This document shows, in pieces, positions 36,504 through 48,063 of a DNA stretch of 64,000 bases. How positions within the stretch are numbered: the first letter of the stretch is position 1; every line of letters begins with the position of its first letter. A model generated the notes under the pieces. It saw only the letters and a list, made by a program, of their open reading frames with translations, ran no database searches and had not been told where the DNA came from. The DNA comes from Pseudovirgaria hyperparasitica (taxonomy: Eukaryota), in assembly GCA_010093815.1 (NCBI GenBank), contig ML996565.1, one strand, 5' to 3'. Both the position numbers and the translations under genes were made by a program.

Positions 36504-38191
36504 CTATCCGGACCCTGATCCCGAAGCTTTTTTCGGTGTTTCATTGTCATCTTCGGTGGTTTCTTTTGAGTTCTGCTCTTTGTGTAGATCTTTATGTTGT
36601 CCTGTCAGATTGTGCCATGCGCTTTTAAAGAAACCTTCGTTTTCATGGCTGCTCTCTTTTGGGGTTGACTGACTTGGTTTGGACTTTTCATCCACATCAG
36701 AGGTTGAGGGTGCGCTGCGATTCAAGTTCATGACCCGCTTTGCGGTCTTGTCTCCCATCTCATCTGCCAACATCTCGAGGATCGTACGTTGGTTGGCGCT
36801 GAGGTATTTCGGCATTTGGATTTTGAACTCCACACGCAAATCGCCATTCGCATTCTTCCTCCCTTGAAGCTTCTTCATGCCCATCCCTCCGAGCACGATC
36901 TTGTCTCCCGCAGAAGTGCCAGTGGGCACCTTGATCTTGACCTCGCCGTCTAATGTTGGTACATTCCATTCACCGCCAAGGATCGCTGTCGTTAAAGGTA
37001 CAGATGCGGTGTACATTATATCGGAGCCCTGACGTTTGAATTTTGGATCAGGAGTGACCCTGATGAGCACGTACAGATCCCCCTTGGTTGACTGGATGTT
37101 TGGATCGGCAGATTGACCTGTTAGTGGAGCATCACCTTCTCCGGTAACACGTAATCGCATACCATCCTCAATGCCTCCCGGGATGTCGACTGAAACAGTT
37201 CTCTTTTCTCGTATGGCACCTTGACCATGGCATGTCCTACACTCTGCTCCAGGAGGAGTCTGGACACCGGCACCTGAACAAGTCGAACAAGTGCTAGCCA
37301 TCTGAAAGCCGCCCATAGTGTGTACACGTTGGCCGGTGCCACCGCATGACCTACAGGTGGTGCGTTTCTTGCCTGGTTTCAAGCCGTCGCCTGAACATGT
37401 TTTGCACTGTACCATTGGAGTGATGGTGATCGTCTTGCTCGTTCCCTTTGCAGCATCCATAAACGAGATATGAGCTTGCACTTCGATATCGTCTCCAACA
37501 AGGACTTCGGCTGCTTGGAATGGACCTCTTCCGCCAGAACGCCCCCGGCGTCCACCGCCACCAAATGCGCTGAAAAGGTCCTCGAAATTGAACTCTGCAC
37601 CGCCGAATCCACCAGCACTCCCAGCACCACCAGCTCCGCCGAAGCCTCCAAATCCACCAAAACCTCCTCCAAAGGGGTTGCCTGCACCAGGTCCTGCGCC
37701 CGCACCAGGGTTGAACCCACCACTCTGGTCAAATGCGGCTGAGCCGTACGTATCGTAGGCTTCTTTCTTCTTCGGGTCTGACAAGGTCTCATAGGCGGTT
37801 TGGGCTTCGGCAAACTTCTCTTTCGCATTCGCATCCTTGTTGGTGTCCGGGTGGTATTTCTTTGCGAGACCATAGTAAGACTTCTTTATTTCGGATGCTG
37901 AAGCGCTTTTGCCGACACCTAACACAGAATATGGATCTTTCATGGACGCTCTTTGGAGAGGGGAGGCATGGAAAGACTGTGTCATGATTAGAACCTTCCT
38001 GGATTCACACACGGGCACCTGAAGTCGCTTACCCGAGTCTGAGGTACGTTCACACTACGCTGCCAGCAATCTGAACGCGGCCGATTCCATTTCGAATGTG
38101 TTGTGAGACTTCTGGGGCATGTTCGCGACACTGATGCTGCCCTTAGGGGTAGCGTCGAGGTGAGCGATATTGCCGAACCGGCCAGATTCAT
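36504..38191 (-). CDS. MDJ1: Mitochondrial DnaJ (type I Hsp40) chaperone
   Basis: Arg/Ser-rich presequence exon, FHAS motif, J-domain with HPD, G/F-rich region, four CxxCxGxG repeats and C-terminal domain. Confidence 0.93.
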
Positions 38192-38982
38192 CGTATGTGA
38201 AGATTGTCGCCAGGCGAAGACGATTGCGATGAGGGAACTATATTCAAGCCAAGATGGGATGAAGTCTCCTTGCGACAAAATCTCGAGAAGTTTCGGCGAA
38301 GACTCGCCGCGAGTCGAAAAAGTTTAGCGCCTGCCAAGCCATGACATAATGCGGTAGTCCGCCCGGCCGTACCTATTATGAGAGACGTGACTCTCGTACA
38401 TCCATGACTTCTGTTGTGGATATCTTTAGAAGGGATAACATGCATTTGCTTGTATTGAATATCCAAGTGGCGATGTCTCAAAGCTTCTGAGAGCCTTACG
38501 GACACTACCGCCAGTTATAACGTCTATATTACATAGCACAGGCTTGAGCAAGCTATTGCGCCCGACGCGTTTATACGCGTTCTTTGAGCCTGTGATTGTG
38601 TTCGAGCTACAGTAACATTAGACCAATGACATTGATAATTAGCCTTCGTACTCCCAGAACAATGCTTGAGGCTTCTACTTCCATAATCGTCAAAACGCCT
38701 GTACAATTTTACGACGGCTCATGAGAAACGTCGCAGCCATGCCAAATCTCTTTTACGCCAATGATGCAATCATCCAAACTGTACGCCGAAAAGATTCTGA
38801 TTATCCCAAAGCAGTCCACACCTTGAAAAGGGCGTTTCTGGAATTTGAGTCGATACCCGGATAGGAACAGGCGTCGCATCGTGTGAAGAAATATAGACTG
38901 GGTATCATGCGCATCTGGAGCGAGTTTTTAAATGCTGTTGCGAAAGAACAGCCGGCAGGTGGTCGAGTATAGAAGCACGGTA

Positions 38983-39627
38983 CTACTTTCGAGGGGGTGC
39001 AAATCTAACACGGAGCTCTTTTTCTGTCGATCCGGTCAGTCAATTGGTGTCTTCTGGGTATAATCAACTAAATTGGTACCTTTTGTCTTTGTCTTGTACA
39101 AAAAATCCACAATAACTTCCTGCTCGTTCACGGCTAATGCATTAAAATTTTTCCTTACAGCCAGAGCTAGACTGTCTTTGCTGACTCGTCTCTTGCTCTT
39201 CTGTCGAGCCATTGTAGGGGAGTGATTGCCGATGCCTTGTGAGAGGAGGACATGGGCTAGCGGGTTATGGAAGGAGGAGGGTGTCTCAAGCCGATAGAGG
39301 CTTCGATAGGAGTGTAGCAGCAACGAGTCTTCTTTCGCCCATGAGCTCTGACAGATATAGGTGTTAGCATTCAATAGAGTCCTAAGCATGGAGCTAATTT
39401 GTGGCGATGGCCACACATACCGATGAGGTACTGCTTGTCCCGGTCTGCGGTCCATTTCCATTCGTAGTAGCAGGAGAATCAGTGCTAGAGTTCATGACCT
39501 CTTTCAATGAGCTTCCATTCGCCAAAGTTGAGGGTACATTTCGACGACCACGACTAGCATTTGCATGCTTCTCCTTGACTGCTGAGTTCGGGTCGTCTGT
39601 GGTACCGCGCGACTTTGGAGGTGGCAT
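38983..39627 (-). CDS. SAP30: Histone deacetylase complex subunit with SAP30 Sin3-binding domain
   Basis: LHSYRSLYRL...SKDSLALAVRKNFNALAVNEQEVIVDFLYK; three exons ending EKELRVRFAPPRK*. Confidence 0.8.
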
Positions 39628-40664
39628 CACACGAGCATGAGGACAATCGCCAGTCGCTGATTGCGGTGGAAGAGATGAATGAAATAGAGCTGACGAAGAG
39701 GTAATTTGAGGATATCGAGGAGGCCAAAGTCGCCAAAGGGGGGGAAATTGTGCTGAATTAAAAAAACGGCGAGAGAATGTGGTGTACCGCTACTTGCTCC
39801 CACAGGCCAGGGTCCTATGACTTAAGAGCCAATTTTGGCGTTGGCTTGCCTATACTTAGGTAGGTATAGCCGGCTGTGGCTGGGCATGTCTGTGGCTGTA
39901 CGTAGCTCTGTCGGCCGAGGTCCCTTTCCCCCTCTTGACGTCTCTTTCACTTGTATTCTCTCGTATTGTCTCTATTGTTCTCTTTCAAGTCAACTCGAGA
40001 CCTCGGTGGCGTTCTATTTCCATAATGGCACTCACATCTACTCACCTAAGTAAAAGATAAGAATTTCCCGCTTTCGGAGCCAGCCCCGACACAGAAACCT
40101 TCAGCCTACGATGTGGATATTCTCCTATTCGGCGGACCGGAGCATCGAACATCCATTCAAATATTCACACGGATGAAGCATTAATTCTAAATTTACTTGC
40201 TAGAGTATTCTCTGACATGTCCAATCAATGTGTGTAACACTCCCGCCTTAGGTCGACGCACATGTGTGAAGACTGAATCGCCATTGGACTTGAATTGCCC
40301 ACTACGGCTCTTACAACAACTCATTCAGGCGGGAAAGGAGTCTCTATAGCCTAGGTGACTTGCAGGGATTCTCTACTGATTGTATTTCATGGCTCAGAAC
40401 TCAATTGATGCACCTTGCTATTCACTTAATGACTACAATAGCTACCACACATCCCTTGCTTATACTAAAATCTACTTATACCTTCCATTGCTGCCTCTCT
40501 TTGCTCCCCCTCCCCATCCATTTCTTGAGCTTATCCCGAGTCTTTAAACCCAAGACCATCTCTTCTTCCCTTCTCTCTCATTCCTTCCATTTCACAATCT
40601 TATAACTCTTACTTCCCTTTCCGCTTGAGTCCTATCTCAATATTATATTGACTTTATCCTCAGC

Positions 40665-42374
40665 ATGCCTCAATCATGCCACGTTCCTGAACCTAGACTG
40701 ATAAAGCATTCAGCGCCTCACGACCAGGACTCATCTACCACTACTAGAGTCCAGGAGCAGGCCGACAGTTCAACCATCGACAATCCAAGCAAGATGCTCA
40801 ACTCTGTTCGCGATCGGCGTGACTCCATGCTTGAACTTGACCAGGCCTTCAAGTTCCAGCTACGGACTCGCACGAAGAATGTTGACAATGGCCTCTCACA
40901 CGATGGAGCTCGTAGTGAGTTGAGCTTTACAGCATCTCCTACCGTCGGCCCTGTCAAACCCTTACCGCCTCACCTTCGGGCCCGTGCCACCAAAAATGCT
41001 GAAGTTGCTCAACCTCTTACCGTTCAAGCGTACGTTAAGGTAGCCATCTTGGTTCTGTAGACTCTTACATCTTCCAGGAAGCAGCCTTTTGTGCCACCAC
41101 ATCTTCGGGGTCGCGCTCTGAACAAACCTGGAACAGCAGAGCCTCTAGCAGCTCAGCCTGTGGCAACTCGGCCTGTAGCAACTGAACCAGTATCCAATGG
41201 AAAGTCAGTCAAGAGCAAGAACCTTATGTAAAGTTCAACGACTTATATCGTGTAGGAAAGCCTTTGTGCCACCTCACCTACGGACTCGGACACAAGAACG
41301 TCCAGTGTCCGTCCAGTCTACGACTGCGGCAGTGTCAGTTATTGCGCTCTTAATCCCGAGCCTCTGTTCCTATTTCTGACGTTGCCCAGAGAGCCCAAAC
41401 GTGAAGATAGCTCTGAAACCGAGTCCACTTATCAAGCACCTAGTCTTGATGCTGACAAACCTCTTCGCTCTGTTGAAGACACATTCATTGAAGCCGTGGG
41501 ATGGCGTCCATACTACATCAAATCTCTGAAGAACCTCCCTGAGGAAGCGATCTCTGGCATCCCAGAACTCTATTCGACTGTCACTTTCTCTTGGGAATTC
41601 CTGAAGAACACTCTGGGCGGTATTGAATGGTCTCCCGGCATGTACTACATCCCGACGGCCCACGGAGTCTCTATTCTCCCTAATCGCACTTATTGTGCCT
41701 ACGACGCCAGCCATGAACCGTACTTGCCCATGCGCCCAGGCGAGCACGGCGCAAAGCTTACGGCCTTCTTCGCAGACAATCCGGACGATGAAGATGGCGA
41801 CGAAGTGGGCGAAGCTGCCTATACGGAGTTTCCTCTGTTCATTCAGGCATCCCGATATGCACGCCGTGGCAACGCAGCGTCCGACAAATATATCTACTTC
41901 GGCACATACTCACAGTCACGCTGGTCTGACCGTCTTGATTACGACCACATGATCAACGACGTGCCTCACGACGTTAAGATGCACTGGGCCACGAAGCTTT
42001 CCGAAGCCGATCGCCCGGAATGGGTCACTGACAAGCTCGTCCGCCACTTCTGGCCACCACCGGAGTACAAAGGTGCACTTCCAGAGAAGTTGCCCGCGAC
42101 CGGAAGTGAATCCGGCGGTGTTGAGGAAGATGACGAGCACTATTTGAAGGTACAGCACGATATTGGCGAGTACATCAAGGAGTTGCGCTACTGGAAGATC
42201 GTGACGCCTCCGAAAGTTGCTTTATTAAGCCGGGACTTGATCATGGAGGCATTTGAGCGCCCGGACGCCGCCGATCCGCCTGGTCTCAGGTTGCAGTGGG
42301 AGTACCTCGAGTGTGTCGGATTCGACCGCGACTTCTACGACATGCTCATCCTAACGATGAAAGATCGCAATTGA
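40665..42374 (+). CDS. DUF6697-like domain protein with N-terminal PPHLR repeats
   Basis: Multi-exon; C-terminal core EPYLP..PGEHGAKLTAFF, YIYFGTYSQSRWSDRL and GLRLQWEYLECVGFD..FY. Family name is from recall, not from a search. Confidence 0.75.
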
Positions 42375-43004
42375 ACATGCGTTGTCCTCCTGTGATTCGA
42401 AGGTTTGATATTAGACTTTGTGGACCAATACACTACAAAGTATGGCGAGGCATTACTCTTTGCTTTCATGCTTTGCTTCACACCACGAATGGTCAGCGCT
42501 ACCGTAAATTTCGCGAACTTCGCGCTCGACGACGTGTCTCTACCTTGACAAGCATCGCTCAGATCATTTACAGCTAGCCCTTTGTCGGGCCTCACAGCCT
42601 TACTTTCGGCGGCGTTACTGCACAAAAACCCCTGCTGACATTTCATGATTTATCCTTTGGGAAGCTCTCTGTATGTTAAACCATATTGCTTTCAAAAGCG
42701 GCTCTATCTAGATCGGCACATGAGCTTCGTCTTTCAGACTTCTGGCGCTGTCACAGCCAGACTCATCAATTGGTAAATCGGTCTCATACGTCATTTCCCA
42801 ATCCGATATGTGGCTGGACGCACTACCTTGATATTCACAATAGTACCTTCTCTTCTATATCAGTTACCGCGACTAAGACAAGCACATTCTGAGAAAATAG
42901 AGAAAGCGCAACTAACCTTCTACCGTCCGTCCATAAAGTTACCTTGAATGTTGATTCTCAATCTTCAACTACATATCTTACATTCTCCTATTCTTGCGCA
43001 CTTG

Positions 43005-43178
43005 ATGTCTTCTAGCCCATCTTTCGCTGATATCTACGACGCACTTCTGGACAGACTCGTCTTCATTTTCCTAGTCACAGCGTGGATATCGACCATCTAC
43101 TTTCTCTTCCGCATCATCGTCTTGACAAGGATCGCTATACATGTCAGAAGAGGATTGCCTCCGGATAGACGCCGTTGA
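43005..43178 (+). CDS. Putative single-TM microprotein (57 aa)
   Basis: MSSSPSFADIYDALLDRLVFIFLVTAWISTIYFLFRIIVLTRIAIHVRRGLPPDRRR*: acidic N-terminus, TM segment, basic tail. Confidence 0.4.
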   Translation: MSSSPSFADIYDALLDRLVFIFLVTAWISTIYFLFRIIVLTRIAIHVRRGLPPDRRR

Positions 43179-43185
43179 TCCCCCT

Positions 43186-43407
43186 ATGGATGAAACACAG
43201 TCAGATTGGCTGTCGGTTTATGATAGCCCCGGCACATCTGACAATGCCACATATGTGATTGTCGAGACTGAAGACGAACTGGATGACTTGCACGTGACTA
43301 GTATCACTGTGGAAATTCTTCTATGGTTGGCCCTCCTCTGGTGGCTTTGGCGCTTCTTCCTCCGAGTGAGGCGGCTTCTACGATACAACGGAGCAAGATG
43401 GATTTGA
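43186..43407 (+). CDS. Putative single-TM microprotein (73 aa)
   Basis: MDETQSDW...EDELDDLHVTSITVEILLWLALLWWLWRFFLRVRRLLRYNGARWI*: same acidic/TM/basic layout. Confidence 0.4.
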   Translation: MDETQSDWLSVYDSPGTSDNATYVIVETEDELDDLHVTSITVEILLWLALLWWLWRFFLRVRRLLRYNGARWI

Positions 43408-43860
43408 CTTCTGTTCTCGACCATATACTCTCCGACCGAGTTACAAGATATCTGGAAGCCTGCGCTTCACCACGTTCGCTGTGCGTAATTACTGGCCGAT
43501 GCGTTTGGACCACTATCTCTACGCATATCACTCTCTTCATAACCTCGCATCATCCAATGCTTGCCGCCTTCTTTCACCCCGAGCTCGCCGTAAAAGGATC
43601 ATTCACATTGCTCACTATTTGACCAACGACAATGGCCCAACGGAAAGTATGAGAAGCTACAATTCAGCTCTTCCAACGCATAGCTGACTGCACGGATAGT
43701 GATCAATGTCAAACAATCAGATCAAGCTATTTTGGGCATCCTCAATGGCTTCCAACGGCACTGATGCCATGATATCACTATGTGGCAGTGAGATAGGGAA
43801 GTGTTTAGTTGCGGCTGAGTACGCTCAAGTAGGAAGAGGTAATTATGTCAATCATTTCAT

Positions 43861-45546
43861 CTACCTTAGCTTATACACACAAGGCTTCAGCACCTTGCCC
43901 TCCTCTTCTGGTGCTAGCAGCTCATCGCGTTCGATGAACTTCTTTCCCTTCATGCCCTTTACTTCGACTGGTTGCTCTTTCACATTCTTTCCCACCACCG
44001 GCTGCACATTCTTGATGAACACCATCTTCACGAACATTTTGTTGCTCAAATCAGCCTGACCATCCAGACTGAAGCCATGATTTCGCATGACCTGAAGAAA
44101 AGGACCAAGTTCTGTGTCTTGCGCGGCGGCCATTTTCTGCGCTACATGCATGTCCGGGTCATCGATCTCAGTATTCAGATACTCATCTGGATGCTTCATC
44201 GCGGCCTTCTTTGTTTCAGGCTCACTCTCGTCGTCTGAGTCTCTAGACCCTATAGCCTTTCGTTTGATGCTGTTCTTTTTCTGTGTATGCTTTTGCGTCT
44301 GCTGCTTCCGTTTATCGAGGCTCCCAATCGAGTTCTTCACCACACCACTCTGCACGCGCCCGAAACGACTGCGTATCTCCCCGACCCAGCATTCTCCTTT
44401 CCAATGCAGACATCTCCATGCCTCGTCCACAAAGTCCGTCCAGTTCGTACCCATGAGCGCAAGGCAGAAAATGGCGATATCAAGTTCGCCATCTCTCAAC
44501 GGCAAGTTTGAGATATCGGCCTTTGTAACAAGCGCCGATGGCGAATGCAAGTCATAAGAATGAACCTTCAACTTCAGCTTCCCCAGATGCTTCTGTAGCG
44601 CCGTCGCCAGTCCCGCCGTGCCACAGCCCAGGTCTGCAATTACACTCTCCCCTGAGCGGAAGTTCCGTGGCAGCGGCTTCGCACCGTCTGCATTTACAGG
44701 TATCAGATTCGGGTTTGCGGCATCCTTGCCAGTCTTCCGGCCCTTCGCCCCTTTATCCTTGGAAAACTTCTTTGTCTGGCTGTCCGGCAGTCCGACCTTG
44801 CCGCGGGTCAGGACGTCGGATATGAACTTATCGACCGGATTAGAGGGCCACACGGCGACTTGCTGACTGAAGCCGGCGTGGTATTCGTCGAACATTTCTG
44901 GGTTCTTGGAGAAGAGCGTGAGAGAGGATGTGGATGGGGTGGTGTAGAGGGTTTCGTTAAGGTGGCGGAAGCGCGCTGAGGAGAGCTTGTGCGCCATGGC
45001 GGCTTGGAGGGGAGTAAGTGTTGATTTCGGGGTGGTTGGCTTGGGCGCGATTGCGGGTGTTGCTTGAGGGGGCTCTTTTGCGAGTTTCGTGGGCTTTGGG
45101 AGTGGGTTGGAGAGGACGGAGGGGGCAAGCTCCTTCGAGGCCTCCGGGTTTCTGTCTTTTTTGCGCTTCTTATAGGGCTGTTCTTCTTCTGCTTGTGCGT
45201 TACTCGCCGCTTCTTTGGGTTCTGTAACGGCGCCGCCATTTTGCTTCAATCTCTCCTCTCGAGCTTTCTTTCGCCGGTCGTTTCTGCTCGACTTCTTTGT
45301 CGCCGCGCCTTTCTCTCCGACCTCGACTGTGTTTGAGCCTGTTCCCTTGGTCTTTTTTTTCTTCTGCGACACGAGCTGCCCGTTGCCATCTAGCTTTGCG
45401 AGGTCGACTAGGCCCTCTGTGCGCTTCTCTTCTTCGCTGCCAATCTCATCTTTTCTCTTCCTTTTCTTGCTGGAGCTCTTGGATTCTGGGGGTGCGGTTT
45501 GGGGCTTCACAGTCGCTGGCAGGTTCCATCCTGGAACAGCGAACAT
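43861..45546 (-). CDS. RRP8: 25S rRNA (adenine-N1) methyltransferase Rrp8
   Basis: MFAVPGW start, KLSSARFRHLNETLYT, YHAGFSQQV..WP.NPVD, IADLGCG, IFCLALMGTNW and LKPCVYKLR. Confidence 0.96.
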   Translation of the reverse strand: MFAVPGWNLPATVKPQTAPPESKSSSKKRKRKDEIGSEEEKRTEGLVDLAKLDGNGQLVSQKKKKTKGTGSNTVEVGEKGAATKKSSRNDRRKKAREERLKQNGGAVTEPKEAASNAQAEEEQPYKKRKKDRNPEASKELAPSVLSNPLPKPTKLAKEPPQATPAIAPKPTTPKSTLTPLQAAMAHKLSSARFRHLNETLYTTPSTSSLTLFSKNPEMFDEYHAGFSQQVAVWPSNPVDKFISDVLTRGKVGLPDSQTKKFSKDKGAKGRKTGKDAANPNLIPVNADGAKPLPRNFRSGESVIADLGCGTAGLATALQKHLGKLKLKVHSYDLHSPSALVTKADISNLPLRDGELDIAIFCLALMGTNWTDFVDEAWRCLHWKGECWVGEIRSRFGRVQSGVVKNSIGSLDKRKQQTQKHTQKKNSIKRKAIGSRDSDDESEPETKKAAMKHPDEYLNTEIDDPDMHVAQKMAAAQDTELGPFLQVMRNHGFSLDGQADLSNKMFVKMVFIKNVQPVVGKNVKEQPVEVKGMKGKKFIERDELLAPEEEGKVLKPCVYKLR

Positions 45547-45950
45547 TCTGAGGGCTGTCACCTCTTAAGGTGTGTAAATTATTACAATGAGTTTTAACTG
45601 TGGTGAGCAGTAATACATGGTCTAGAAATTTTGTTTTGCGCAAAGACCGACTTACCGATGCGGAGCTATACTTGTTTAGGTCTAGCGCTGTTTGGCCTGA
45701 AGACAATCTACGCTCTCCATGGTCCGGTGTTGTTACTCTGAAAACACATCATACAGTAACTATCAAGAAAAGGCATAATAGTATCGGCTCAGGTGTACTT
45801 AAACAAAAGATTCGTTCTCGAAGGAAAGACTAATGGTAGGCTAATACGACTATAATATACTAAATCAACAGGTTTACAGGCTCAGATCAACACCACCACG
45901 GAATGGGGCAATCAGAACAGATCTCTCTTCTAGAGTGACGTTCGCGCACC

Positions 45951-46847
45951 TCAGTAGCCTTCCTCGTAGAAGACTAAGCAACGAACCTCAATCGACTGCC
46001 TTCCAGGCGCATCTGTTGGTGTTTCAGGGTCAACAAATGCGGTATGCGGTGTTCGCAGAGCCCTTCCGGCTTTGCCTCCTGGCCTGCCATCACCATGGCT
46101 ATCATAGCACTTGAGAAGCATCACCTGATCAGGAGTCATGTCCTTCTCATAGTAGAACTGATGCTTGTCACTCCCCGCGACGGCTAGTGTCTCGCCCTTG
46201 ACCTCGTAGCCTTCGGTGGTCTCCCAGCTGCTCGGGTCAGCAAGCTTCTCCTTGCCCCGGTCGTCATCGTCGACAACGCTGTCCTCACGCTTGGGATACA
46301 TTAGGTCGACCTTGATAAAGTCTGACGGACTAGTCGTTCGCCAGTCGATGACAGCAAGCGGGAAGTCGGATGCGGGATTCTCGATCGGGCGCCATACGTT
46401 AATGAGAGAGTAGCGGTTCTTTAACAACTCCTCCGCTTCATCACCGCAGTGCCGTCGTACACGTGTGTCAGCCGCATCGGGCGTCTGGTCAACATGGACA
46501 TTCTGCACAGGTTGCCTCGGGGCGTCCTTTGTGCGGCGGCGGATGGTGTGGTCAAAGATGACAACCTTCTTGACCCCGGGCAGGTGCTCTTTAAGGAGAG
46601 TCTCAACTTCGGCGTAGTAGCCGGTGCGGACTGCCTCTTCGTTGGTGAAGAGCTTCTCGGTGGCGGGCTTTGTGAGGACTTCGAATCCGGAGTTCTCGGT
46701 GGTGAATTCGGACTCACGGCCGCGAATGTTGTTCACAGGGCGTTCGTGGTCAAGTAGTTTGAATGAGCGACCTGGACCATCGACTTTGCCCCACGGCTTG
46801 CCCGTGTAGGAGGTTGGGTCAATATGCTTGAAGATTGAGCGAGTCAT
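45951..46847 (-). CDS. AsaB/CmcJ/GA4-desaturase-like Fe(II)/2-oxoglutarate oxygenase
   Basis: YYAEVE.LL, IFDHTIRRR, VHVDQT, INVWRPI, PLAVID, LLKCYDS, TPHTAF and RQSIEVRCLV; single exon. Confidence 0.88.
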   Translation of the reverse strand: MTRSIFKHIDPTSYTGKPWGKVDGPGRSFKLLDHERPVNNIRGRESEFTTENSGFEVLTKPATEKLFTNEEAVRTGYYAEVETLLKEHLPGVKKVVIFDHTIRRRTKDAPRQPVQNVHVDQTPDAADTRVRRHCGDEAEELLKNRYSLINVWRPIENPASDFPLAVIDWRTTSPSDFIKVDLMYPKREDSVVDDDDRGKEKLADPSSWETTEGYEVKGETLAVAGSDKHQFYYEKDMTPDQVMLLKCYDSHGDGRPGGKAGRALRTPHTAFVDPETPTDAPGRQSIEVRCLVFYEEGY

Positions 46848-47545
46848 GTTCCTTTACTGTTAGATTCAGGTGTTGACTAGGTAGTATAGGGGATCAATGC
46901 TCAGAAGTAGAGTTTTCGAGATTTGAGTTTGTGATGAAAGTGGATGTGTGTGTCCGTTTTCATGAAATTGGGAGTATTTAAGATATCTACAGCGTCATCA
47001 TTCAGTTGCACCCGATTGGTAACTGAAGCTTGACTTACTAATTCAAAAGCACGCCTTTGCAGATGACACGAGGCCCCCCAGGAGAAAGCTCGGAGCAAAC
47101 TCGTGCAGAGCTCCTTTTGGCCGGTAGGGACCAGAGTTTGAACACACACTAAGCTTTAGCGACCCTGTCGCGGGCTCTATACTGTTTGTTCGACATAAGA
47201 CTAGAAGCTGTTGACAAATGTCAATCGAAAATGTTGAGAATATGAATAATGCGGATAGTAATCGCAAACCATTGCCCGAGGACAACATAGCAATCGTGTC
47301 ATAATAGTCGATAATCTACTATATACGATCTGTGATTTATACTATGCACTCCGTGAATGCTTGCAAACATTACGGCCATACCCCGCGTTAAGCTAAGGCA
47401 TGACGTCATCGGGGCCTATATTCTTATTACACTAGAGCTAACAAAAGAAAGCGTAAAACCTGATGAGTCAAGACGAGGACAACGCTGAACGCGTGTGTAC
47501 TCGTCGTGCAAAGTTTGAGGCGAGTGGAAAAATCAAAAAGAATGT

Positions 47546-47626
47546 CGACACGAACGAGATTCGAACTCGCGCTCCCGAAGGAACGGGCTTAGCAGGCCCG
47601 CGCGTTAACCACTCCGCCATCGTGCC
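47546..47626 (-). tRNA. tRNA-Ser (anticodon GCT), intronless
   Basis: Reverse complement GGCACGATGGCGGAGTGGTTAACGCG-CGGGC-CTGCTAA-GCCCG-TTCCTTCGGGAG-CGCGAGTTCGAATCTCGT-TCGTGTCG. Acceptor stem, long variable arm, TTCGAAT loop and a downstream T-run terminator. Confidence 0.96.
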
Positions 47627-48063
47627 ATTCCTGCTCACTTAAAGGCTTAGTAGTAATATACCTAGCAAAGATATCATTATTTGGCTGTTCAATATTTGTT
47701 TCCGGTGCACATACATTGCTTACATTTTTAGGTGTGCAGAGTTATAATTACGCCTGCCTTCGCATGGTGGAATGCTTCCTCAGAGCCTCGGTATCTTATG
47801 CGGCGCTAGTAAGTCCCAATAGCAACAATCGGCGGTTAGCTCCTTAAGCTCAACAGCTAGACTGCAACATCAGCCTCTGAGTGGTGACCATCAAAATGAT
47901 CGTCCGCTAAAGAGGGTCGAAGAACACAATCCCCGCATGTTCTGCGGATGTGGCGCGGCATGGTGTCAATGTTTACAAAAACATTTCAAGAATATGGAGT
48001 AGAAAGGCAGAGGGTCTCCCTCCCGACAAATGAGCGACAAAGCCATCCATTCACTCGAATACA

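Noticed and set aside
40061..40071. gcgggaaattc on the minus strand, like RNase P CR-I
   Set aside because: Not followed by GGTG and no CR-V partner found.
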